In this document: in pieces, positions 40,201 to 51,199 of the stretch
Position numbering within the stretch: position 1 is the stretch's first letter
Layout of the letters: every line of letters starts with the position of its first letter
DNA from: the human T2T-CHM13v2.0 reference genome, Homo sapiens
Assembly (NCBI RefSeq): GCF_009914755.1
Contig: NC_060935.1
Strand: one strand, 5' to 3'
Length of the DNA stretch: 64,000 nt
Position numbers and translations under genes: made by a program
Notes under the pieces: generated by a model
Told to the model about the DNA's origin: nothing
The model's database searches: none
The model's input: only the letters and a program-made list of their open reading frames with translations

Positions 40201-43200
40201 TGAACATTCCTTTAGATGGAGCTGTTTCCAAACACACTTTCTGTAGAATCTGCAAGTGGATATTTGGACCTCTCTGAGGATTTCGTTGGAAACGGGATAT
40301 ACTTCCCAGAACTACACGGAAGTATTCTGAGAAACTTCTTTGTGATGGTTGCATTCAACTCACAGAGTTGAACCTTGCTTTCATAGTTCAGCTTTCAAAC
40401 ACTCTTTTTGTAGAATCTGCAAGTGGATATTTGGACCACTTTGTGGACTTCCTTGGAAACGGGTATATCTTCACATCAAACCTTGACAGAAGAATTCTCA
40501 GAATGTTTCCTGTGATGACTGCATTCAACTCACAGAGGTGAACAATCCTGCTGATGGAGCAGTTTTGAAACTCTCTTTCTTTGGATTCTGCAAGTGGATA
40601 TGTGGACCTCTGTGAAGATTTCGTTGGAAACGGGTTCATCTTCACAGAAAAACTAAACAGGAGCATTCTCAGAAACTGCTTTGTGATGTTTGTGTTCCAC
40701 TTCAAGAATTGAACTTTCCTCTTGACAGAGCAGCTCTGAAACCCTCTTTTTCTAGAATCTGCAAGTGGACATTTGGAGGGCTTTGAGGCCTGTGGTGGAA
40801 AAGGAAAATCTTCACATAAAAACTAGATGGAAGCATTCTCAGAAACTACTTTGTGATGATTGCATTCGACTCACAGAGTTGAACATTCCTATAGATAGAG
40901 CAGGTTGTAAACAATCTTTTTGTAGAATCTGCGATTGGATATTTGGACTGCTTTGAGGCCTACTGTAGTAAAGGAAATAACTTCATCTAAAAACCAAACG
41001 GAAGCATTCACAGACAATTCTTAGTGATCATTGGATTGAACTAACAGAGCTGAACATTCCTTTAGATGGAGCAGTTTCCAAACACACTTTCTGTAGAATC
41101 TGCAAGTGGATATTTGGACTTCTCTGAGGATTTCGTTGGAAACGGGATAAACTTCCAAGAACTACACGGAAGCATTCTGAGAAACTTCTTTGTGATGTTT
41201 GCATTCAACTCACAGAGTTGAACCTTGCTTTCATAGTTCAGCTTTCAAACACTCTTTTTGTAGAATCTGCAAGTGGATATTTGGACCACTTTGTGGCCTT
41301 CCTTCGAAACGGGTATATCTTCACATCAAACATAGACAGAAGCATTCTCAGAATGTTTCCTGTGATGACTGCATTCAACTCACAGAGGTGAAAAATCCTG
41401 TTGATGGAGCAGTTTTGAAACTCTCTTTCTTTGGATTCTGCAAGTGGATATGTGGACCTCTGTGAAGATTTCGTTGGAAACGGGTTCATCTTCACAGAAA
41501 AACTAAACAGAAGCATTCTCAGAAACTGCTTTGTGATGTTTGTGTTCCACTTCAAGAATTGAACTTTCCTCTTGACAGAGCAGCTCTGAAACCCTCTTTT
41601 TCTGGAATCTGCAAGTGGACATTTGGAGGGCTTTGAGGCCTGTGGTGGAAAAGGAAAATCTTCACATAAAAACTAGATGGAAGCATTCTCAGAAACTACT
41701 TTGTGATGATTGCATTCGACCCACAGAGTTGAACATTCCTATAGATAGAGCAGGTTGTAAACAATCTTTTTGTAGAATCTGCGATTGGAGATTTGGACTG
41801 CTTTGAGGCCTACTGTAGTAAAGTAAATAACTTCATCTAAAAACCAAACGGAAGCATTCACAGACAATTCTTAGTGATCATTGGATTGAACTAACAGAGC
41901 TGAACATTCCCTTAGATGGCGCAGTTTCCAAACACACTTTCTGTAGAATCTGCAAGTGGATATTTGGACCTCTGTGAGGATTTAGTTGGAAACGGGATAA
42001 ACTTCCCAGAACTACACGGAAGCATTCTGAGAAACTTCTTTGTGATGTTTGCATTCAACTCACAGAGTTGAACCTTGCTTTCATAGTTCAGCTTTCAAAC
42101 ACTCTTTTTGTAGAATCTGCAAGTGGATATTTGGACCCGTTTGTGGCCTTCCTTCGAAACGGGTATATCTTCACATCAAACCTAGACAGAAGCATTCTCA
42201 GAATGTTTCCTGTGATGACTGCATTCAACTCACAGAGGGGAACAATCCTGTTGATGGAGCAGTTTTGAAACTCTCTTTCTTTGGATTCTGCAAGTGGATA
42301 TATGGACCTCTGTGAAGATTTCGTTGGAAACGGTTTCATCTTCACAGAAAAACTAAACAGAAGCATTCTCAGAAACTGCTTTGTGATGTTTGTGTTCCAC
42401 TTCAAGAATTGAACTTTCCTCTTGATAGAGCAGCTCTGAAACCCTCTTTTTCCAGAATCTGCAAGTGGACATTTGGAGGGCTTTGAGGCCTGTGGTGGAA
42501 AAGGAAAATCTTCACATAAAAACTAGATGGAAGCATTCTCAGAAACTACTTTGTGATGATTGCATTCGACCCACAGAGTTGAACATTCCTATAGATAGAG
42601 CAGGTTGTAAACAATCTTTTTGTAGAATCTGCGATTGGAGATTTGGACTGCTTTGAGGCCTACTGTAGTAAAGGAAATAACTTCATCTAAAAACCAAACG
42701 GAAGCATTCACAGACAATTCTTAGTGATCATTGCATTGAACTAACAGAGCTGAACATTCCTTTAGATGGAGCAGTTTCCAAACACACTTTCTGTAGAATC
42801 TGCAAGTGGATATTTGGACTTCTCTGAGGATTTCGTTGGAAATGGTATAAACTTCCCAGAAATACACGGAAGCATTGTCAGAAACTTCTTTGTGATGTTT
42901 GCATTCAACTCACAGAGTTGAACCTTGCTTTCTTAGTTCAGCTTTCAAACACTCTTTTTGTAGAATCTGCAAGTGGATATTTGGACCACTTTGTGGCCTT
43001 CCTTCGAAACGGGTATATCTTCACATCAAATCTAGACAGAAGCATTCTCAGGATGTTTCCTGTGATGACTGCATTCAACTCACAGAGGTGAACAATCCTG
43101 CTGATGGAGCAGTTTTGAAACTCTCTTTCTTTGGATTCTGCAAGTGGATATGTGGACCTCTGTGAAGATTTCGTTGGAAACGGGTTCATCTTCACAGAAA

Positions 43201-45000
43201 AACTAAACAGAAGCATTCTCAGAAACTGCTTTGTGATGTTTTTGTTCCACTTCAGGAATTGAACTTTCCTCTTGACAGAGCAGCTCTGAAGCCCTCTAAT
43301 TCTAGAATCTGCAAGTGGACATTTGGAGGGCTTTGAGGCCCGGGGTTGAAAAGGATAATCTTCACATAAAAACTAGATGGAAGCATTCTCAGAAACTACT
43401 TTGTGATGATTGCATTCGACTCACAGAGTTGAACATTCCTATAGATAGAGCAGGTTGTAAACAATCTTTTTGTAGAATCTGCGATTGGAGATTTGGACTG
43501 CTTTGAGGCCTACTGTAGTAAAAGAAATAACTTCATCTAAAAACCAAACGGAAGCATTCACAGACAATTCTTAGTGATCATTGGATTGAACTAACAGAGC
43601 TGAACATTCCTTTAGATGGAGCTGTTTCCAAACACACTTTCTGTAGAATCTGCAAGTGGATATTTGGACCTCTCTGAGGATTTCGTTGGAAACGGGATAT
43701 ACTTCCCAGAACTACACGGAAGTATTCTGAGAAACTTCTTTGTGATGGTTGCATTCAACTCACAGAGTTGAACCTTGCTTTCATAGTTCAGCTTTCAAAC
43801 ACTCTTTTTGTAGAATCTGCAAGTGGATATTTGGACCACTTTGTGGACTTCCTTGGAAACGGGTATATCTTCACATCAAACCTTGACAGAAGAATTCTCA
43901 GAATGTTTCCTGTGATGACTGCATTCAACTCACAGAGGTGAACAATCCTGCTGATGGAGCAGTTTTGAAACTCTCTTTCTTTGGATTCTGCAAGTGGATA
44001 TGTGGACCTCTGTGAAGATTTCGTTGGAAACGGGTTCATCTTCACAGAAAAACTAAACAGGAGCATTCTCAGAAACTGCTTTGTGATGTTTGTGTTCCAC
44101 TTCAAGAATTGAACTTTCCTCTTGACAGAGCAGCTCTGAAACCCTCTTTTTCTAGAATCTGCAAGTGGACATTTGGAGGGCTTTGAGGCCTGTGGTGGAA
44201 AAGGAAAATCTTCACATAAAAACTAGATGGAAGCATTCTCAGAAACTACTTTGTGATGATTGCATTCGACTCACAGAGTTGAACATTCCTATAGATAGAG
44301 CAGGTTGTAAACAATCTTTTTGTAGAATCTGCGATTGGAGATTTGGACTGCTTTGAGGCCTACTGTAGTAAAGGAAATAACTTCATCTAAAAACCAAACG
44401 GAAGCATTCACAGACAATTCTTAGTGATCATTGGATTGAACTAACAGAGCTGAACATTCCTTTAGATGGAGCAGTTTCCAAACACACTTTCTGTAGAATC
44501 TGCAAGTGGATATTTGGACTTCTCTGAGGATTTCGTTGGAAACGGGATAAACTTCCAAGAACTACACGGAAGCATTCTGAGAAACTTCTTTGTGATGTTT
44601 GCATTCAACTCACAGAGTTGAACCTTGCTTTCATAGTTCAGCTTTCAAACACTCTTTTTGTAGAATCTGCAAGTGGATATTTGGACCACTTTGTGGCCTT
44701 CCTTCGAAACGGGTATATCTTCACATCAAACATAGACAGAAGCATTCTCAGAATGTTTCCTGTGATGACTGCATTCAACTCACAGAGGTGAAAAATCCTG
44801 TTGATGGAGCAGTTTTGAAACTCTCTTTCTTTGGATTCTGCAAGTGGATATGTGGACCTCTGTGAAGATTTCGTTGGAAACGGGTTCATCTTCACAGAAA
44901 AACTAAACAGAAGCATTCTCAGAAACTGCTTTGTGATGTTTGTGTTCCACTTCAAGAATTGAACTTTCCTCTTGACAGAGCAGCTCTGAAACCCTCTTTT
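34300..45000 (+). repeat. Tandem triplication of a 4-HOR (3400 bp) block
   Basis: Markers at exact 3400 bp spacing: gaggggaac 35438/38838/42238, CCCGGG 36539/39939/43339, aaagaaat 36721/40121/43521, gctgtttc 36821/40221/43621. Confidence 0.92.
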
Positions 45001-48000
45001 TCTAGAATCTGCAAGTGGACATTTGGAGGGCTTTGAGGCCTGTGGTGGAAAAGGAAAATCTTCACATAAAAACTAGATGGAAGCATTCTCAGAAACTACT
45101 TTGTGATGATTGCATTCGACTCACAGAGTTGAACATTCCTATAGATAGAGCAGGTTGTAAACAATCTTTTTGTAGAATCTGCGATTGGAGATTTGGACTG
45201 CTTTGAGGCCTACTGTAGTAAAGGAAATAACTTCATCTAAAAACCAAACGGAAGCATTCACAGACAATGCTTAGTGATCATTGGATTGAACTAACAGAGC
45301 TGAACATTCCTTTAGATGGAGCAGTTTCCAAACACACTTTCTGTAGAATCTGCAAGTGGATATTTGGACTTCTCTGAGGATTTCGTTGGAAACGGGATAT
45401 ACTTCCCAGAACTACACCGAAGTATTCTGAGAAACTTCTTTGTGATGTTTGCATTCAACTCACAGAGTTGAACCTTGCTTTCATAGTTCAGCTTTCAAAC
45501 ACTCTTTTTGTAGAATCTGCAAGTGGATATTTGGACCACTTTGTGGCCTTCCTTCGAAACGGGTATATCTTCACATCAAACCTTGACAGAAGCATTCTCA
45601 GAATGTTTCCTGTGATGACTGCATTCAACTCAGAGAGGTGAACAATCCTGCTGATGGAGCAGTTTTGAAACTCTCTTTCTTTGGATTCTGCAAGTGGATA
45701 TGTGGACCTCTGTGAAGATTTCGTTGGAAACGGGTTCATCTTCACAGAAAAACTAAACAGAAGCATTCTCAGAAACTGCTTTGTGATGTTTGTGTTCCAC
45801 TTCAAGAATTGAACTTTCCTCTTGACAGAGCAGCTCTGAAACCCTCTTTTTCTAGAATCTGCAAGTGGACATTTGGAGGGCTTTGAGGCCTGTGGTGGAA
45901 AAGGAAAATCTTCACATAAAAACTAGATGGAAGCATTCTCAGAAACTACTTTGTGATGATTGCATTCGACTCACAGAGTTGAACATTCCTATAGATAGAG
46001 CAGGTTGTAAACAATCTTTTTGTAGAATCTGCGATTGGAGATTTGGACTGCTTTGAGGCCTACTGTAGTAAAGGAAATAACTTCATCTAAAAACCAAACG
46101 GAAGCATTCACAGAAAATTCTTAGTGATCATTGGATTGAACTAACAGAGCTGAACATTCCTTTAGATGGCACAGTTTCCAAACACACTTTCTGTAGAATC
46201 TGCAAGTGGATATTTGGACCTCTCTGAGGATTTCGTTGGAAACGGGCTAAACTTCCCAGAACTACACGGAAGCATTCTGAGAAACTTCTTTGTGATGTTT
46301 GCATTCAACTCACAGAGTTGAACCTTGCTTTAATAGTTCAGCTTTCAAACACTCTTTTTGTAGAATCTGCAAGTGGATATTTGGACCACTTTGGGGCCTT
46401 CCTTCGAAACGGGTATATCTTCACATCAAACCTAGACAGAAGCATTCTCAGAATGTTTCCTGTGATGACTGCATTCAACTCACAGAGGTGAACAATCCTG
46501 CTGATGGAGCAGTTTTGAAACTCTCTTTCTTTGGATTCTGCAGGTGGATATGTGGACCTCTGTGAAGATTTCGTTGGAAACGTGTTCATCTTCACAGAAA
46601 AACTAAACAGGAGCATTCTCAGAAACTGCTTTGTGATGTTTGTGTTCCACTTCAGGAATTGAACTTTCCTCTTGACAGAGCAGCTCTGAAACCCTCTTTT
46701 TCTAGAATCTGCAAGTGGACATTTGGAGGGCTTTAAGGCCTGTGGTGGAAAAGGAAAATCTTCACATAAAAACTAGATGGAAGCATTCTCAGAAACTACT
46801 TTGTGATGATTGCATTCGACTCACAGAGTTGAACATTCCTATAGATAGAGCAGGTTGAAAACAATCTTTTTGTAGAATCTGCGATTGGAGATTTGGACTG
46901 CTTTGAGGCCTACTGTAGTAAAGGAAATAACTTCATCTAAAAACCAAACGGAAGCATTCACAGACAATTCTTAGTGATCATTGGATTGAACTAACAGAGC
47001 TGAACATTCCTTTAGATGGAGCAGTTTCGAAACACACTTTCTGTAGAATCTGCAAGTGGATATTTGGACCTCTCTGAGGATTTCGTTGGAAACGGGATAA
47101 ACTTCCCAGAACTACACGGAAGAATTGTGAGAAATTTCTTTGTGATGTTTGCATTCAACTCACAGTGTTGAACCTTGCTTTCATAGTTCAGCTTTCAAAC
47201 ACTCTTTTTGTAGAATCTGCAAGTGGATATTTGGACCACTTTGTGGCCTTCCTTCGAAACGGGTATATCTTCACATCAAACCTAGACAGAAGCGTTCTCA
47301 GAATGTTTCCTGTGATGACTGCATTGAACTCACAGAGGTGAACAATCCTGCTGATGGAGCAGTTTTGAAACTCTCTTTCTTTGGATTCTGCAAGTGGATA
47401 TGTGGACCTCTATGAAGATTTCGTTGGAAACGGGTTCATCTTCACAGAAAAACTAAACAGGAGCATTCTCAGAAACTGCTTTGTGATGTTTGTGTTCCAC
47501 TTCAAGAATTGAACTTTCCTCTTGACAGAGCAGCTCTGAAACCCTCTTTTTCTAGAATCTGCAAGTGGACATTTGGAGGGCTTTGAGGCCTGTGGTGGAA
47601 AAGGAAAATCTTCACATAAAAACTAGATGGAAGCATTCTCAGAAACTACTTTGTGATGATTGCATTCGACTCACAGAGTTGAACATTCCTATAGATAGAG
47701 CAGGTTGTAAACAATCTTTTTGTAGAATCTGCGATTGGAGATTTGGACTGCTTTGAGGCCTACTGTAGTAAAGGAAATAACTTCATCTAAAAACCAAACG
47801 GAAGCATTCATAGACAATTCTTAGTGATCATTGGATTGAACTAACAGAGCTGAACATTCCTTTAGATGGCGCAGATTCCAAACACACTTTCTGTAGAATC
47901 TGCAAGTGGATATTTGGACCTCTCTGAGGATTTCGTTGGAAACGGGATAAACTTCCCAGAACTACACGGAAGCATTCTAAGAAACTTCTTTGTGATGTTT

Positions 48001-51000
48001 GCATTCAACTCACAGAGTTGAACCTTGCTTTCATAGTTCAGCTTTCAAACACTCTTTTTGTAGAATCTGCAAGTGGATATTTGAACCACTTTGAGGCCTT
48101 CCTTCGAAACGGGTATATCTTCACATCAAACCTAGACAGAAGCATTCTCAGAATGTTTCCTGTGATGACTGCATTCAACTCACAGAGGTGAACAATCCTG
48201 CTGATGGAGCAGTTTTGAAACTCTCTTTCTTTGGATTCTGCAGGTGGATATGTGGACCTCTGTGAAGATTTCATTGGAAACGGGTTCATCTTCACAGAAA
48301 AACTAAACAGGAGCATTCTCAGAAACTGCTTTGTGATGTTTGTGTTCCACTTCAGGAATTGAACTTTCCTCTTGACAGAGCAGCTCTGAAACCCTCTTTT
48401 TCTAGAATCTGCAAGTGGACATTTGGAGGGCTTTGAGGCCTGTGGTGGAAAAGGAAAATCTTCACATAAAAACTAGATGGAAGCATTCTCAGAAACTACT
48501 TTGTGATGATTGCATTCGACTCACAGAGTTGAACATTCCTATAGATAGAGCAGGTTGAGAACAATCTTTTTGTAGAATCTGCGATTGGAGATTTGGACTG
48601 CTTTGAGGCCTACTGTAGTAAAGGAAATAACTTCATCTAAAAACCAAACGGAAGCATTCACAGACAATTCTTAGTGATCATTGGATTGAACTAACAGAGG
48701 TGAACCTTCCTTTAGATGGAGCAGATTCCAAACACACTTTGTGTAGAATCTGCAACTGGATATTTGGACCTCTCTGAGGATTTCGTTGGAAACGGGATAA
48801 ACTTCCCAGAACTACACGGAAGCATTCTGAGAAACTTCTTTGTGATGTTTGCATTCAACTCACAGAGTTGAACCTTGCTTTCATAGTTCAGCTTTCAAAC
48901 ACTCTTTTTGTAGAATCTGCAAGAGGATATTTGGACCACTTTGTGGCCTTCCTTCGAAACGGGTATATCTTCACATCAAACCTAGACAGAAGCATTCTCA
49001 GAATGTTTCCTGTGATGACTGCATTCAACTCACAGAGGTGAACAATCCTGCTGATGGAGCAGTTTTGAAACTCTCTTTCTTTGGATTCTGCAAGTGGATA
49101 TGTGGACCTCTGTGAAGATTTCATTGGAAACGGGTTCATCTTCACAGAAAAACTAAACAGGAGCATTCTCAGAAACTGCTTTGTGATGTTTGTGTTCCAC
49201 TTCAAGAATTGAACTTTCCTCTTGACAGAGCAGCTCTGAAACCCTCTTTTTCTAGAATATGCAAGTGGACATTTGGAGGGCTTTGAGGCCTGTGGTGGAA
49301 AAGGAAAATCTTCACATAAAAACTAGATGGAAGCATTCTCAGAAACTACTTTGTGATGATTGCATTCGACTCACAGAGTTGAACATTCCTATAGATAGAG
49401 CAGGTTGTAAACAATCTTTTTGTAGAATCTGCGATTGGAGATTTGGACTGCTTTGAGGCCTACTGTAGTAAAGGAAATAACTTCATCTAAAAACCAAACG
49501 GAAGTATTCACAGAAAATTCTTAGTGATCATTGGATTGAACTAACAGAGCTGAACATTCCTTTAGATGGCACAGTTTCCAAACACACTTTCTGTAGAATC
49601 TGCAAGTGGATATTTGGACCTCTCTGAGGATTTCCTTGGAAACGGGCTAAACTTCCCAGAACTACACGGAAGCATTCTGAGAAACTTCTTTGTGATGTTT
49701 GCATTCAACTCACAGAGTTGAACCTTGCTTTCATAGTTCAGCTTTCAAACACTCTTTTTGTAGAATCTGCAAGTGGATATTTGGACCACTTTGAGGCCTT
49801 CCTTCGAAACGGGTATATCTTCATATCAAACCTAGACAGAAGCATTCTCAGAATGTTTCCTGTGATGACTGCATTCAACTCACAGAGGTGAACAATCCTG
49901 CTGATGGAGCAGTTTTGAAACTCTCTTTCTTTGGATTCTGCAGGTGGATATGTGGACCTCTGTGAAGATTTCGTTGGAAACGGGTTCATCTTCACAGAAA
50001 AACTAAACAGGAGCATTCTCAGAAACTGCTTTGTGATGTTTGTGTTCCACTTCAAGAATTGAACTTTCCTCTTGAGAGAGCAGCTCTGAAACCCTCTTTT
50101 TCTAGAATCTGCAAGTGGACATTTGGAGGGCTTTGAGGCCTGTGGTGGAAAAGGAAAATCTTCACATAAAAACTAGATGGAAGCATTCTCAGAAACTACT
50201 TTGTGATGATTGCATTCGACTCACAGAGTTGAACATTCCTATAGATAGAGCAGGTTGAAAACAATCTTTTTGTAGAATCTGCGATTGGAGATTTGGACTG
50301 CTTTGAGGCCTACTGTAGTAAAGGAAATAACTTCATCTAAAAACCAAACGGAAGCATTCACAGAAAATTCTTAGTGATCATTGGATTGAACTAACAGAGC
50401 TGAACATTCCTTTAGATGGAGCAGTTTCCAAACACACTTTCTGTAGAATCTGCAACTGGATATTTGGACCTCTCTGAGGATTTCTTTGGAAACGGGCTAA
50501 ACTTCCCAGAACTACACGGAAGCATTCTGAGAAACTTCTTTGTGATGTTTGCATTCAACTCACAGAGTTGAACCTTGCTTTCATAGTTCAGCTTTCAAAC
50601 ACTCTTTTTGTAGAATCTGCAAGTGGATATTTGGACCACTTTGTGGCCTTCCTTCGAAACGGGTATATCTTCACATCAAACCTAGACAGAAGCATTCTCA
50701 GAATGTTTCCTGTGATGACTGCATTCAACTCACAGAGGTGAACAATCCTGCTGATGGAGCAGTTTTGAAACTCTCTTTCTTTGGATTCTGCAAGTGGATA
50801 TGTGGACCTCTGTGAAGATTTCGTTGGAAACGGGTTCATCTTCACAGAAAAACTAAACAGAAGCATTCTCAGAAACTGCTTTGTGATGTTTGTGTTCCAC
50901 TTCAAGAATTGAAATTTCCTCTTGACAGAGCAGCTCTGAAACCCTCTTTTTCTAGAATCTGCAAGTGGACATTTGGAGGGCTTTGAGGCCTGTGGTGGAA

Positions 51001-51199
51001 AAGGAAAATCTTCATATAAAAACAAGATGGAAGCATTCTCAGAAACAACTTTGTGATGATTGCATTCGACTCACAGAGTTGAACATTCCTATAGATAGAG
51101 CAGGTTGTAAACAATCTTTTTGTAGAATCTGCGATTGGAGATTTGGACTGCTTTGAGGCCTACTGTAGTAAAGGAAATAACTTCATCTAAAAACCAAAC

